This document shows positions 10,560-21,217 of a stretch of 64,000 bases of DNA, in pieces. A program made the position numbers and the translations under genes. The stretch lies in IMG/VR virus record IMGVR_UViG_3300045131_002907, positions 11,425 to 75,424 of that record; one strand, given 5' to 3'. Numbering within the stretch: position 1 is the first letter of the stretch; each line of letters starts with the position of its first letter. The DNA comes from a virus. The notes below the pieces were generated by a model that worked only from the letters and a program-made list of their open reading frames with translations, ran no database searches and had not been told where the DNA came from.

Positions 10560-12993
10560 GATGCTACAGGTGCTCATGCGTTCCATGCAGAGCCAGGTGA
10601 ACCCGAGCTTCATGCAGAATCCGGGGTCTGCATCGGGGGCCTATCAACCAAGATTCACGGCCCCCGACATCTCGACGTCACAAGGCTTCAGTTTAGCCCA
10701 GACGTTTGGTCGTTTCGGTGAAGGCCCCGGTATGGCGGGCATGGCTGCGGACATGCTACTCCCCATGTTCTTCAAGTCTCAGGGGGGAGATGGCCTCGAT
10801 TGGCAAAACTTTGTAAATCGTATGAGCCTAGCACGGGGTGTCGCTAACCCAATACGTGAAGTCCAAGCCAGGGAGTACGCTAGGGTCAGGGCCAGTCTGG
10901 GTAATCAGGACTTGGGCAGGGCTGCGGTCAGTGCGCTAGGGATAGATCCTCAAGGCATGTTTGCCAGCACACTGATGTCCAGTGCACCCGTGCTAGATCA
11001 ACTCACAGATGGGCTGGTCTCTGACGCCGCACGCCTTATTGACCCCAATTTAATGACTACGCGTGGCAGTGACGCCCTGATGAATGCACAACGCAGTCGA
11101 AATACGATGTATCGGCTTGATAGCGCAATGGTAGGTCATCTCAAAAATACTCTACAGGAGAGGTCCAGACTTAATACCCGTGGTGAACACTACGGAAACG
11201 TGGGTGGCGATCCCAACGATTTCAAGCTCCGGGATAACGTGTTGACGTCTGGAATGAATCTTGACGATTTCTCTGCGGTCATGGCCGCCGCCGTGGACCT
11301 CAACGCGCTGGACTACTCGGGTAGTCTAGGCGGGGACAAGCTCGATGAAAAAGCAAAGGCAGCTTTAGAAGAACGCGTAGGTAAGGGCAAATATACATCG
11401 GAGCAACTGGCTGCGGAGAAGAAGGCTATACGCCTCGCCGGTGCCACCGTGCAAGGAGGCTCCAATTTGTCACGTGTGGTTGCCACTCTGGGGTCCACAC
11501 TTGGTGAGGGCATGGCAGTAGGTGAACGTGCAAATCTCGCTGCGCAACTTGGAATGGTCCCTGGCAGTAGCGCGGAAGCCTCCAACTTTCAAGACATCTT
11601 ACGAAACCTGAAGGCGCTCGGAGACGCCGCAGGAATGACATCAAAACAGATGTTAGATGCAGGTACCGCAATCACTCGTCAGTACGGTGGAAACCTGCTG
11701 TTTAACACTGCTGCAGCATCGATGGCACAAACTACTATACGCCTAACCGGCCAGTCGTTAAATGATTCAGGGATACGTGGAGGGGCGTCTGCGCTGGAAG
11801 AAGCTGGAAGTCGGCTGGCCACAGAGACCGTGCAGTCAGGGAGTTCTGATCTCACGCGTGCAATGGTGTATGGGTATGCGTCACCAGAGCATCGCAAAGT
11901 GATCAAGGCAGCACTTCAGGACCCCCAAAACGGGGGTAGGATGATCATGGACTATCTGCGGACCCCTGAGGGGATGGGGCTCATAGCTGGTTCCCGCAAT
12001 TTAACAGGCTCAATGGTAAATGATGGCATAAACACACTCAGAGCTATGGGGCATGATGTCAATTCGACTGCGTCCGACGCTATATCAGCAGGCTACGTTG
12101 AAAATCTCAAGCGTTCCAGTCATGTCACACACGAAGGCAAGAAAATTGATCTGGTGGGTCTCTATACCAAGTTCGTTGGTATGGATCTCCCGACTTCGGA
12201 GGCACTGTGGTCTCTTGGAACCAATGCTGTGCAAACCGACGAGGCGGAGGAGAAGTTTAATAAACTCGCGAAGCAGACCGGGCTGAATCTCACGCGCCCC
12301 CAATTATTGGCGGCTATGGTAAGTGGCGAGCAACAGTTAAGTAGCGCGGTATTCCGTTACAACGCCGCGAGAGGTAAAAGGGATCGCAAGCCGGAGCAAG
12401 AAGAAGCTGTTATCAAACAGCAGATAGCTGAGTTGGTGACTGGTACGCTGAACCAAGCCGGAGTGGGTGGGGTACTCGACCAGGTGAGAGGTGGTAAATT
12501 TGATCCCATGAAAGGGGAAAACTGGAAGGCGCTTTTGGACAAATCAAACCTCGCGCTACCCGCTGACCGTGCAAATTTCTTAACCACGTTAGAGGGTGCT
12601 GACAGGAATCGGCTAGATCAATCGAAATCCATACTTGTCGATTTTGTAGCTGCCAGAGATGCCATGTCAGCTGCAAATGGCAACCCTGATAAGATAACAT
12701 CGCTGGCACCTGCACTCGAGAAAGCCGCCGCAAGAGTGAGGAGTGAGCTCGGATTCGAGCCTATAACTGGTTTGAGTGGACTTGGGAAACCAGGCGGCGG
12801 GGCGCAGCCTGTTTCCGGGAATGAGAAGAAGGAGAAGAAGGAGAATTATGAGATAGCGATAACTGTGCACGTTGAAGCCTCAAAACTTATAGATACATAT
12901 TTGACAGCGAGTGAAACCCCCTCCGCTAATAGGGCTGATTTTACAAGTGGGTTGAATAGTGCGCGTCTTACACTAAGGCCGGGGGAGAGGTGA
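10531..12993 (+). CDS. Tape measure-like protein
   Basis: 820 aa, rich in Ala/Gly/Met/Leu, helical, located after the chaperone pair. Confidence 0.6.
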   Translation: METTGPLSPEMLQVLMRSMQSQVNPSFMQNPGSASGAYQPRFTAPDISTSQGFSLAQTFGRFGEGPGMAGMAADMLLPMFFKSQGGDGLDWQNFVNRMSLARGVANPIREVQAREYARVRASLGNQDLGRAAVSALGIDPQGMFASTLMSSAPVLDQLTDGLVSDAARLIDPNLMTTRGSDALMNAQRSRNTMYRLDSAMVGHLKNTLQERSRLNTRGEHYGNVGGDPNDFKLRDNVLTSGMNLDDFSAVMAAAVDLNALDYSGSLGGDKLDEKAKAALEERVGKGKYTSEQLAAEKKAIRLAGATVQGGSNLSRVVATLGSTLGEGMAVGERANLAAQLGMVPGSSAEASNFQDILRNLKALGDAAGMTSKQMLDAGTAITRQYGGNLLFNTAAASMAQTTIRLTGQSLNDSGIRGGASALEEAGSRLATETVQSGSSDLTRAMVYGYASPEHRKVIKAALQDPQNGGRMIMDYLRTPEGMGLIAGSRNLTGSMVNDGINTLRAMGHDVNSTASDAISAGYVENLKRSSHVTHEGKKIDLVGLYTKFVGMDLPTSEALWSLGTNAVQTDEAEEKFNKLAKQTGLNLTRPQLLAAMVSGEQQLSSAVFRYNAARGKRDRKPEQEEAVIKQQIAELVTGTLNQAGVGGVLDQVRGGKFDPMKGENWKALLDKSNLALPADRANFLTTLEGADRNRLDQSKSILVDFVAARDAMSAANGNPDKITSLAPALEKAAARVRSELGFEPITGLSGLGKPGGGAQPVSGNEKKEKKENYEIAITVHVEASKLIDTYLTASETPSANRADFTSGLNSARLTLRPGER

Positions 12994-13484
12994 TACTAAT
13001 GGCAAAGGGAACCGCAATCTTTTCTTCTATGCCTGGGCGAATCATCGCCATCGATGCAGACGCCGAGGCACAGACCTTCAATCTCAGGATTGAAGGTGAT
13101 GCCACGTCAGGTGGCAATTTCGAGAACTCTGGCTTCGTGACCACTGTTGAGCTCAGGGAGAAAGTGCTGGCGCAATTCCAGACTACGCTGGACAAATCAT
13201 TGTTCGCTATCCCATTTGGGGATGATGTCGGAATGATGAGTGTAGGGCTAGTCCATGGTAAGGTCTGCGGTATCAACGGTGCAGAGAGCAGGGATACCGT
13301 GAAGTCCATTCAGGCCTGGTATGGCGCCAACAAGTTTCAAAACAGAAGGCTGAACCCGCTCATCCTCGCCATTGGAGAGAACATCTACGCGGGGTACCTC
13401 CTTGAGTTCGCCATGAACGCGCAGGGACACGATGGTACCGTGGTGCGAAGTCAGCTCCAATTCGCAGCATGGAGTAAGACATGA
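12990..13484 (+). CDS. Tail/baseplate protein (tube-initiator-like)
   Basis: Gene order and GTGA/ATGA coupling. Confidence 0.4.
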   Translation: MILMAKGTAIFSSMPGRIIAIDADAEAQTFNLRIEGDATSGGNFENSGFVTTVELREKVLAQFQTTLDKSLFAIPFGDDVGMMSVGLVHGKVCGINGAESRDTVKSIQAWYGANKFQNRRLNPLILAIGENIYAGYLLEFAMNAQGHDGTVVRSQLQFAAWSKT

Positions 13485-14197
13485 TAAATGACTTCCTGGC
13501 CAGGCTTGATAACATCGCGGGTTCCCCAGGGGACATCGTGTGGCCAAAGTTTACTCCACGCGTCCTAGGTGATGTGGAGGGCGCGGTAAGAAACGTAATT
13601 ATAGGCTCCAACATTGGCAGGCGTGAGCACTTCCTGCGATGCGTTCAGCTCACTTACGGGCTCATGAACTCCCCACTGTCTGAAGTCATCGTGGCAAGAG
13701 ATCCACGGGTAACCTATACAGTGGATACCCTGCGTGCGCTATTTGAGGTCAGTGCAGGAATTGTCACCTCACGTGGCGTCGCCCCTGTACCCACTCTAGT
13801 TTTCGGAACATCTATACGTACCCCTGATATTGGCTCCTGGTTCATTGAGACCATTGCGGTGGGTACGGGTACCGCGGAGATCAGGATAACTGATGATCGT
13901 GGGCGGCAGTCGACCTCTGCATTCACGTACACCGACCGATCGCCGGTGATAGACCTCCCAGATCAGGGCGGGGTGATCACCTTCTATGGTACTCAATTTC
14001 ACCTCCACGACTCGTGGACCCTGACTCGCCAAGTCATCACGACCCCATGGCTCTACCAGGCAGTGTCGCGCCTTCAGACCGTCGAGACTTCATTGTTGGC
14101 GCTGATGTCACCTCGCATTGGCAAAATCTACCGGGCGGCTCCGCTAAGCCTCGACAAGTTGGCGGCAGCAGTGGCAACTCTAGGAGGTGCTGAGTGA
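13481..14197 (+). CDS. Hypothetical tail protein
   Basis: Translationally coupled ORF in the tail operon. Confidence 0.4.
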   Translation: MINDFLARLDNIAGSPGDIVWPKFTPRVLGDVEGAVRNVIIGSNIGRREHFLRCVQLTYGLMNSPLSEVIVARDPRVTYTVDTLRALFEVSAGIVTSRGVAPVPTLVFGTSIRTPDIGSWFIETIAVGTGTAEIRITDDRGRQSTSAFTYTDRSPVIDLPDQGGVITFYGTQFHLHDSWTLTRQVITTPWLYQAVSRLQTVETSLLALMSPRIGKIYRAAPLSLDKLAAAVATLGGAE

Positions 14198-16029
14198 CCG
14201 ACCTTACCCAGTACATGCGCCAGGGAAATCTCCCAACTGTACCCACCCCGTTTTCGGCGTGGGTGACCATCAACGGGGAATCCTATGCTGCCGTGAAAAT
14301 CGTTGTGAGGTACTCTCGCATCGAAACCAGGGCAGTCGTTGATCTCGCAGTAGGAACCAACGCCAGGAAACCAGGGAGAACTAAGGGGATCAAGGCCATC
14401 CCGGCTAATTTTGTATTTGTTAAGGGAGTCCCAGCCAAAGTTGTCATCAGAATTGATTCTGATGTACACTCACTTCATGGTCCACGCGGCGCACCAGACA
14501 AACTATTAAAAGCAGGTGACCACGATTTAATAACAGGTATAATCGACGATGGGGGCCCCAGTGATCTTGCCAACGGAAAGTTTAACTTACGCGTCGTGAT
14601 CGTGTCACGACTGCTGTACCTGGCCACGGGTGCACTGCATTTCTCGAATACAACATCGGCGTATCTGCGAGACGATGAGCTCGTGGAGACAACCAATAAT
14701 AAATACGCTGGATCAATAAATCTCAACATATTTCAACGAGATTTCTGGGAGGGGATCGCAGAAGCGTTTTCGTATATCCTCAAGCACCAAGCCAAAGACA
14801 CATTCGGGATACAGAATAAGTATGTTGAGTTTCTAGCAGATGTGTCTGATGGTGGTAGCAAAGAGGGTGCAGAGGCCGTGCAGAGTTATCGGGCGAAGCC
14901 TGGAACAGTGGCAGCACAGAATGCTTTAGATTTGATTCAGGGAAAATTACAAGGTGGGATCTTTAGCTCAGACATGGCTCAAGTCATATGGGGTTACTTG
15001 AGTGTCGAGTTTCATAAAGACCTTGTTCGGCAGAGTATGTTAGCAAAAGTGCAGGCACTGGCAGATGACTTCTTTTTCGCCATAGTCGAACATGGCAACG
15101 GGATTGGCGTGGTGCCCTACACCCCATTTGCACCCACTGATATGCACAAGTCACTGTGGCCATCCACTGTGATAAGGGCAAGTTGGATTACGCAGAGTAC
15201 ATCGGTTGTCGCCGGATTAGTGTTTATTGATAACCCTAATGGGCCCCACGGTATAGCTGGGTCAGATAGCAAGTCAGTTACTATCCTTGGTGGGTTTAAG
15301 CGAAAAGGTGTCATCCAGGCAAAGAACACTATTGATCCGAACGGTAACTCAGTGGGGCTATTCACCACCCTTCCAGCTCCGGCATGGCTCAAGAGCCCTA
15401 AGATTGGAAACGTCACTAATGCAGATTTCCGGTACTATGGGGATCCCTACGCCAGGGAGATCGCACTGCGGCAGACCTACATGGGGAGACTTCTCGCCGT
15501 GGACTGCCCACTGCGTATGGACATCGGGCTATGCACCCCAGTCAAACTGGTCTACCCAACTATTGCGGGGACCCCGATCGACGAGGCCACATCGATGTAC
15601 GGAGCCGTCGAAGGCATTACGCTGATCCTTGATGCAGCTGCAAAACAAGCTGGAACCCAGTTGGAGATCATGTATGTTAGGTCAAAGCAGCACCAAGACG
15701 CCGATGTCGAAGCAACCCGATTTACTAGATCTCCTGATGGAAAAAAGGGCGTCGCCTTTCAGCATCCGCTATGGGCCGAAGCCTACCGAGGACGACGACT
15801 CGACGAGCACCCCGTCGCAGGGGGAACCAGCACTCCAACAACCACAATCGCATCAACTCCAACCAAGCCGAAACACAGTTCAAACTTCGACAGCGCGAAA
15901 TACAGTTCAGACTTCATCAGCGTCGGCACAGCCCCCAAGGGCTCCGCAAAGGGGACAGGAGAAGCCACAGTCGTCACCACAGAACGTGTGGAGTTCGTCC
16001 CGGACAACACCCCAGAAAACCTGGCATGA
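14194..16029 (+). CDS. Baseplate hub-like protein
   Basis: Gene order and a hub-like C-terminus (CPLRMDIGLCTPVKL...YGAVEGITL). Confidence 0.45.
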   Translation: MTDLTQYMRQGNLPTVPTPFSAWVTINGESYAAVKIVVRYSRIETRAVVDLAVGTNARKPGRTKGIKAIPANFVFVKGVPAKVVIRIDSDVHSLHGPRGAPDKLLKAGDHDLITGIIDDGGPSDLANGKFNLRVVIVSRLLYLATGALHFSNTTSAYLRDDELVETTNNKYAGSINLNIFQRDFWEGIAEAFSYILKHQAKDTFGIQNKYVEFLADVSDGGSKEGAEAVQSYRAKPGTVAAQNALDLIQGKLQGGIFSSDMAQVIWGYLSVEFHKDLVRQSMLAKVQALADDFFFAIVEHGNGIGVVPYTPFAPTDMHKSLWPSTVIRASWITQSTSVVAGLVFIDNPNGPHGIAGSDSKSVTILGGFKRKGVIQAKNTIDPNGNSVGLFTTLPAPAWLKSPKIGNVTNADFRYYGDPYAREIALRQTYMGRLLAVDCPLRMDIGLCTPVKLVYPTIAGTPIDEATSMYGAVEGITLILDAAAKQAGTQLEIMYVRSKQHQDADVEATRFTRSPDGKKGVAFQHPLWAEAYRGRRLDEHPVAGGTSTPTTTIASTPTKPKHSSNFDSAKYSSDFISVGTAPKGSAKGTGEATVVTTERVEFVPDNTPENLA

Positions 16030-16723
16030 CAGCTTCACGGCTTATCAGGGTGACCCCAGGCCGGAGAATCTCAGAGCAGTGGTCAATACCCTGCAGCCCA
16101 CGATTCAGAAGGCGCTGACGAGCTTTGCCCCCGTACAGACCCCTGTGGTCGCCCATAGGGCCAGGCTCATCGCTGCAGAGGCCGTGAAGTCCTTTAACCC
16201 CAATGTGGGCGTCGATCTCAAGACCCACGTGTTCCGGCAGCTCCAGAGGCTCCAGCACGAGGGTCCCAAGATCACGGACCCCTTACCGATGCCGGAGCGC
16301 ATGCGGAAGGACAGCCGGGCTCTCATCGATGCGATCTCCCGAGCCGGCGATGTCGTCGGCACCGAGGTCAGCGATGAACGCCTCGCCGAGATCACGGGGA
16401 TCCCGGTGAAGCGAATCACCAAGGTTCGTGGTCTCATGCGCAAGGGGATCTCGTCTTCTGCATACGAAGATGGTCTCGGTGATGATGACGATGATACCCC
16501 AGAGATCGCGACATCATCCACGGATCCCTACGATGAATGGGTTGATGCGACTTACCACGACCTCGATGAAATCGATAAGGTGATTCTAGCGTATCGTACC
16601 GGTTACCGTGGGGCCCCCAAGCTCTCCAATGGAGCCATTGCGAAACGCCTCAAGCTCACCCCTGGTGCGGTGTCTCAACGCGCCACCAGGATCCAGGAAA
16701 GGTTGGATGCTTTCCATGGCTGA
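15704..16723 (+). CDS. RNA polymerase sigma-70-family factor (FliA/SigF-like), probably the late sigma; start uncertain
   Basis: Region 2-like (AVKSFNPNVGVDLKTHVFRQL), region 3 (SDERLAEITGIPVKRI) and region 4 HTH (LSNGAIAKRLKLTPGAVSQ). Confidence 0.8.
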   Translation: MSKQPDLLDLLMEKRASPFSIRYGPKPTEDDDSTSTPSQGEPALQQPQSHQLQPSRNTVQTSTARNTVQTSSASAQPPRAPQRGQEKPQSSPQNVWSSSRTTPQKTWHDSFTAYQGDPRPENLRAVVNTLQPTIQKALTSFAPVQTPVVAHRARLIAAEAVKSFNPNVGVDLKTHVFRQLQRLQHEGPKITDPLPMPERMRKDSRALIDAISRAGDVVGTEVSDERLAEITGIPVKRITKVRGLMRKGISSSAYEDGLGDDDDDTPEIATSSTDPYDEWVDATYHDLDEIDKVILAYRTGYRGAPKLSNGAIAKRLKLTPGAVSQRATRIQERLDAFHG

Positions 16724-17138
16724 ACCCAAGATTCGTGGTATCCATAAGGACTTCGAGGCCTGGATGTCCCAGCGGCGGGAGTTCCTGGAGGCCACACGTC
16801 AAGGCCTCAACAACGGGGATTTTGCATCCCCACTTGAGCTGGATCCCAGCAAGGACCCCGATCCCGCTGGTATCCAAGCCGAGATCTGGGAGATCTATAC
16901 GGTGCTTGGACAAGGCACCAAAATTGACTACCCCTTGGGGGCATACCCCCAGCTCTATCTCCTCGAGGCCGCGAAGAGAACTGCAGCAGTGGTCAGGGTG
17001 TCCAGGGCCGATGCCCTTGCGAGACTCCTGGGTGAGCTCGAAGATGGTACCCGTAGGGATCTCCAACTCGAAACTCTCGTACTCAACAACGATGTCCCCG
17101 AGGGCATCCCACCGAAGACTGAAGAAGCCACGGTATGA
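16716..17138 (+). CDS. Hypothetical protein
   Basis: ATG overlaps the sigma stop region and the ORF is coupled to the next gene. Confidence 0.5.
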   Translation: MAEPKIRGIHKDFEAWMSQRREFLEATRQGLNNGDFASPLELDPSKDPDPAGIQAEIWEIYTVLGQGTKIDYPLGAYPQLYLLEAAKRTAAVVRVSRADALARLLGELEDGTRRDLQLETLVLNNDVPEGIPPKTEEATV

Positions 17139-17542
17139 CCACGGATCTCGCCATTTTCAGAGAACAGGGTGCGGCTACCCAGGTGGCCTGGGCATCCCCG
17201 GGGCGCGTTCTCGAAAACTCGCCTAAGCTGATTACCCGCTTTGCTTCCATCTTCTTCTCCGACTTCAATGCCACCCGAGATCGCGGCACCGACTTCCCGC
17301 GGCTGTATCGCACTGGCCGCTTGCTCACCACGGCTAAACTACGTCAGCAATTCGCGCTGGCGGCATCTGAGGTCATCAGGCAGCTCGGGGATCAATCCGG
17401 GTACCCAGATCATGAACAGATCGTCCGTGCAGTTCTCGAGTCAGCCACTGTCAACCCAGATTATACGACGAAGCTGGTTGTCAGACTTGTGACGCAAAAC
17501 GGTGATGTCGTCATCACGTTCCCCCTTGAGAGAGTCCCATGA
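17135..17542 (+). CDS. Baseplate wedge subunit (gp25/gpW-like)
   Basis: 135 aa just before baseplate J, with RGTDFP motif. Confidence 0.55.
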   Translation: MTTDLAIFREQGAATQVAWASPGRVLENSPKLITRFASIFFSDFNATRDRGTDFPRLYRTGRLLTTAKLRQQFALAASEVIRQLGDQSGYPDHEQIVRAVLESATVNPDYTTKLVVRLVTQNGDVVITFPLERVP

Positions 17543-19140
17543 CAGTCCTAACCGCACCGATCTCTGCTGAAACCTTTCAGGCCGCCAAGGAGTTCGTGAA
17601 AGCAGTGCTCATCGAACGCGATCCCACCTTGGATCTCGCCGATGGTTCCGCGATCTCTGGTCTCGTCGTCGAAAATGAAGCCCAGATGGCAGCGGTTCAC
17701 GACGCCAACTTTGATGCCCTGAACAAGTCGTTTTCATTGCAGGCCATCGCTGACAACTTGGTAGATGTTGATGACGCCAAAGTGGATTCCCTGATCTCAA
17801 ACTATTACATCACCCGACGCCAGGCCTCCCCGGCATCGGGTCCAGTGCGCATCGTTGTCAACCTCAACACAACTTACGTGATCCCCTCGGGCTACCTCTT
17901 CGGTGCCAACGGGGTCACCTATCAGACCTCTGACTTCATTCGCGTCCTCCGCGCCGGCAGTGGGGTCGCCGAGACTTCAACACAAAAGATTCTGATCCCA
18001 CGTGCCGATGGCAAATACGAGTTCACGGTTCCCGTGATCGCGACGACATCTGGTAGCGCTGGGCTCATCAGTGCGGGTACCGCGCTGACCATCACGGCCC
18101 CTATCGATGGCATGGAAACCGCCATGGCAGCCACGGACTTCACGGGTGGCCAGGATACAGAGACCACCGCTGAACTCTTGGCCAGGGCACAGGATGGTGT
18201 CACCGCGAAGACCTTCGGGGGTCCAGATCACATCCAGGCCGCCTTGAATGCCCAGTTCGCTGGGATCAAAACCGCAGTCATCGGCATCGGTAGTGGTCTG
18301 ATGACCCGGGATCGTGGAAATGTCTTTGGGACCTCGCAGGGCTCCAAGGAAGACATCTGGTGCAAGACCTCAGCGTTTCCAGTGCAGAAGACTTTGAGAG
18401 TCATGGCTACTGCGGGGTCCACGGGGCGCCAACGCGCATTCACGATCTCGAACCCGGACTCCGCAGGGATCTATCGCGTCCAGTTCATCCGCCCAATCAA
18501 GACACCCGGGGCTCAAGGTGACGTCCCCGACAGCGTGGTCCACATGAAGCGTCAGGATCTCATCTTTACCCCGACAACACTGAAGACCTCAGATCTCAAT
18601 TACAGTGGCATCGTTGATCTCCGCGTTGTCTTCACGGACACCACGCTGACCACGGATGTCCCCGCGGGATCCTCAGCAGAGTACGACGTCGATGTCCTCT
18701 ACATGCCATCGATCGATGCCGTCGGGAATTACTCTTACGCCCTCGGGGTTCGCCCCTCTGGAACCGATATCTATGTTCGCGCCGGGGTACCCTGCATGGT
18801 CGGGGTGTCTCTTGAGATCCAGATTCCACCTGGTGGGGTCTCACCGGTTATCGCAGAAGTCCAGACCGCGGTATCCAATGCAATCAATGCGTTGAACTTC
18901 GGGGTTGCCCGTCTTAGCCCCTACACGATTTACACCGCGGTATCCCCCTTGATCGCATCTGGGGAGGTCGCCGACGTTGTCCTCAACGCTACCATCTTGG
19001 CACCTGATCTCACCAACGTGATCCTCGCCAATTCATCGTTCCTCACGATCCCCACGGATTACGCCAAGGGATTCTCTCCTCTAAACACCTTCTTTACGTG
19101 CCCGCCGGCGAACGTGGGGGTAACCATTGTTTCCCGATAG
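17539..19140 (+). CDS. Baseplate J-like protein
   Basis: Motifs RRQASPASGPV and FTGGQDTETTAELLARA. Confidence 0.85.
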   Translation: MTVLTAPISAETFQAAKEFVKAVLIERDPTLDLADGSAISGLVVENEAQMAAVHDANFDALNKSFSLQAIADNLVDVDDAKVDSLISNYYITRRQASPASGPVRIVVNLNTTYVIPSGYLFGANGVTYQTSDFIRVLRAGSGVAETSTQKILIPRADGKYEFTVPVIATTSGSAGLISAGTALTITAPIDGMETAMAATDFTGGQDTETTAELLARAQDGVTAKTFGGPDHIQAALNAQFAGIKTAVIGIGSGLMTRDRGNVFGTSQGSKEDIWCKTSAFPVQKTLRVMATAGSTGRQRAFTISNPDSAGIYRVQFIRPIKTPGAQGDVPDSVVHMKRQDLIFTPTTLKTSDLNYSGIVDLRVVFTDTTLTTDVPAGSSAEYDVDVLYMPSIDAVGNYSYALGVRPSGTDIYVRAGVPCMVGVSLEIQIPPGGVSPVIAEVQTAVSNAINALNFGVARLSPYTIYTAVSPLIASGEVADVVLNATILAPDLTNVILANSSFLTIPTDYAKGFSPLNTFFTCPPANVGVTIVSR

Positions 19141-19159
19141 TCCCAGCCTTCGCGCCACG

Positions 19160-20650
19160 ATGACCACGGACTCCAAGGCGTTGTTCTACGCCTTGGGAGA
19201 GTTCTGGCAGCGGCAACTCAGTGACGCCGACCTCCTCGCCTTGGAAACCTTCGCGGAACTCATGGTCGAAGAGGACGTCAATCTGAGGAACATGGATCTC
19301 ACCGCAGCGATCTCAATTCATACCATTCAGCCCTATCTGACCCGGCAATGGGGACTCCTCGAACTCTTGGAGTCCGGGCTCAACGTGGAGCCCAACATCA
19401 TCGTGTTTGGAGCCGAGGGTCGCAGGTTTGGTGGCAGCTTTGTCTATGGGCAAACCGAAGCCGCGAGCTTTGCCTGGCCGGCGCCATCTCAGCTCAGAAG
19501 TATCGGGATTATCACTGATAGAATCGTGACTCCAACCTATATCTGGGATATCACAAACTTTGCATTCGACGTTGCCTCCGGTGTCCTCCGTTTTAGGGAG
19601 AATCCTTTCAATGTCGTGGACTCTGAAGCCCTGTATAACCCCGATGGTTCTCATAAGACTTACACAGATGCCAAGGGGGTGATTCGGCAGGACCATCGTC
19701 TGAAGCTCTGGATGCGTAACATCGAGATCGATGAACGCACCCCATATCTACGCTTTGGTTCCGTGGTCGGCATCGGTGGAGAATCCTCGCAGGCCTACAT
19801 TGACACCGTGGAGGCCACGTGGTCAATGCTTCTCCAGGGTCCAAGTGTTGAAGCCCTGGAACGCGGGCTTCTCGCCTCAGCGGGTCTCAAGTATGTCGAG
19901 GGCACAGAGGTCGTCGAAGTCGTCGAACTCGACATCGATGGTCTCGTCGTCGTCACGGATAAGACCGTGTACCGTGGCCACGCCAAGGCGACCCCTTTGG
20001 TCAGCGTTGGTGACACCCTGAAGCCAGGTGACTTCGTATTCGATACCGTGGTGGTCACCGATTTCAGCGATGGTAACCCCGACAATATCTCAAATATCAA
20101 TGGTCTCGTCTTGAGTCCTGAACTCACTGATATCACGGGAACCGTGGTGATCCCAAACCGTATGGGATCCTGGAGCGTGCTCGGCATCCGTGATGGGGAA
20201 CCCGAGGTTCGCTTCGAGGTCCTGGGGAGCGATCGGGATGTCTCCGAGTTCTGGGATCGTGTTCACGCCCGAGGGGTCTCCACTGGGAAACCATTGGCAG
20301 ATTTCGTGAATGCCAGTACCCCTGTGAATCCCCTGGCGTTCATACTCGATAACATCCTGGGCAGCAGCTTGGTTTTCATTGAGGTGAAACCACAGGACTT
20401 CCTGAGCCGTGAAACCGGGTTCCTGGGTAGAATAAAATCATTACTGCCCGCTGGGGTCCTGGTCATCACCCAGATTGCCCTGGACCCCGTTGAGGATAGC
20501 CTTTCCATGGCAGAAATCGGGAGTCCTGAACAAGTCTCGGCCCCCGCTGGAGGCACCAATGAAAGCGTTGCTATTACCCCCGGAGTGCTCGCGACGGATA
20601 GTAATTCAATAACTCTCACCGCCTATGAACCGAAAGTGTGGAACGCATGA
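19160..20650 (+). CDS. Baseplate wedge protein (gpI/gp7-like)
   Basis: Follows baseplate J. Motifs GPSVEALERGL and IKSLLPAGV. Confidence 0.55.
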   Translation: MTTDSKALFYALGEFWQRQLSDADLLALETFAELMVEEDVNLRNMDLTAAISIHTIQPYLTRQWGLLELLESGLNVEPNIIVFGAEGRRFGGSFVYGQTEAASFAWPAPSQLRSIGIITDRIVTPTYIWDITNFAFDVASGVLRFRENPFNVVDSEALYNPDGSHKTYTDAKGVIRQDHRLKLWMRNIEIDERTPYLRFGSVVGIGGESSQAYIDTVEATWSMLLQGPSVEALERGLLASAGLKYVEGTEVVEVVELDIDGLVVVTDKTVYRGHAKATPLVSVGDTLKPGDFVFDTVVVTDFSDGNPDNISNINGLVLSPELTDITGTVVIPNRMGSWSVLGIRDGEPEVRFEVLGSDRDVSEFWDRVHARGVSTGKPLADFVNASTPVNPLAFILDNILGSSLVFIEVKPQDFLSRETGFLGRIKSLLPAGVLVITQIALDPVEDSLSMAEIGSPEQVSAPAGGTNESVAITPGVLATDSNSITLTAYEPKVWNA

Positions 20651-21216
20651 AGTCATCTCTCAATCTATCAAGATTTAATAGCATGGTACGTGTGTGGTGC
20701 CCAGAAAACCCATCGAAATCTGTTGTGGGTAAAAACCTGGTGACCTACCAGGGGGCAGACATCGTGGCGCACCTCCTCGCCGGGGATGCCAGGTATCGTT
20801 TGGCTCGTATGTGGTTTGAGTTCGACAACTCAGGACCAGCGCACCCAACCGCAGCACGCGCGGATACCGCTGCAACGGTTCTGGGCGAAGCAGTGCTTTC
20901 ACGTGACATAATTCGTGGACCACTGGTTGCGCAGCCGCTGCTGGAGTCATCGGACCCCACTGAAATCCCCCCTAAGTACACCTCGAATAGAGGTACCTAC
21001 CATGCGATTTCTCAAGGGGTGGAGGGTGAGAAGAACCTGCTGGCTTTCTCCGCAGCCGCGGGGTCAAAAATCTTTGCCATCTGTCTTGTGGCCTCGCCTG
21101 GACCAGGTACCACAATCGCAGATGACCTCATCTATGCCAGGTTTGTTCTGGCCACACATCTCGACGTTGGCAGCTCCGGCCAAGTCGCAGCAACCTGGAT
21201 GACTGAGGCCACCTAA
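20647..21216 (+). CDS. Baseplate/tail-fibre attachment protein
   Basis: NLVTYQGADIVAHLLAG motif and gene order. Confidence 0.45.
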   Translation: MKSSLNLSRFNSMVRVWCPENPSKSVVGKNLVTYQGADIVAHLLAGDARYRLARMWFEFDNSGPAHPTAARADTAATVLGEAVLSRDIIRGPLVAQPLLESSDPTEIPPKYTSNRGTYHAISQGVEGEKNLLAFSAAAGSKIFAICLVASPGPGTTIADDLIYARFVLATHLDVGSSGQVAATWMTEAT

Positions 21217-21217
21217 A

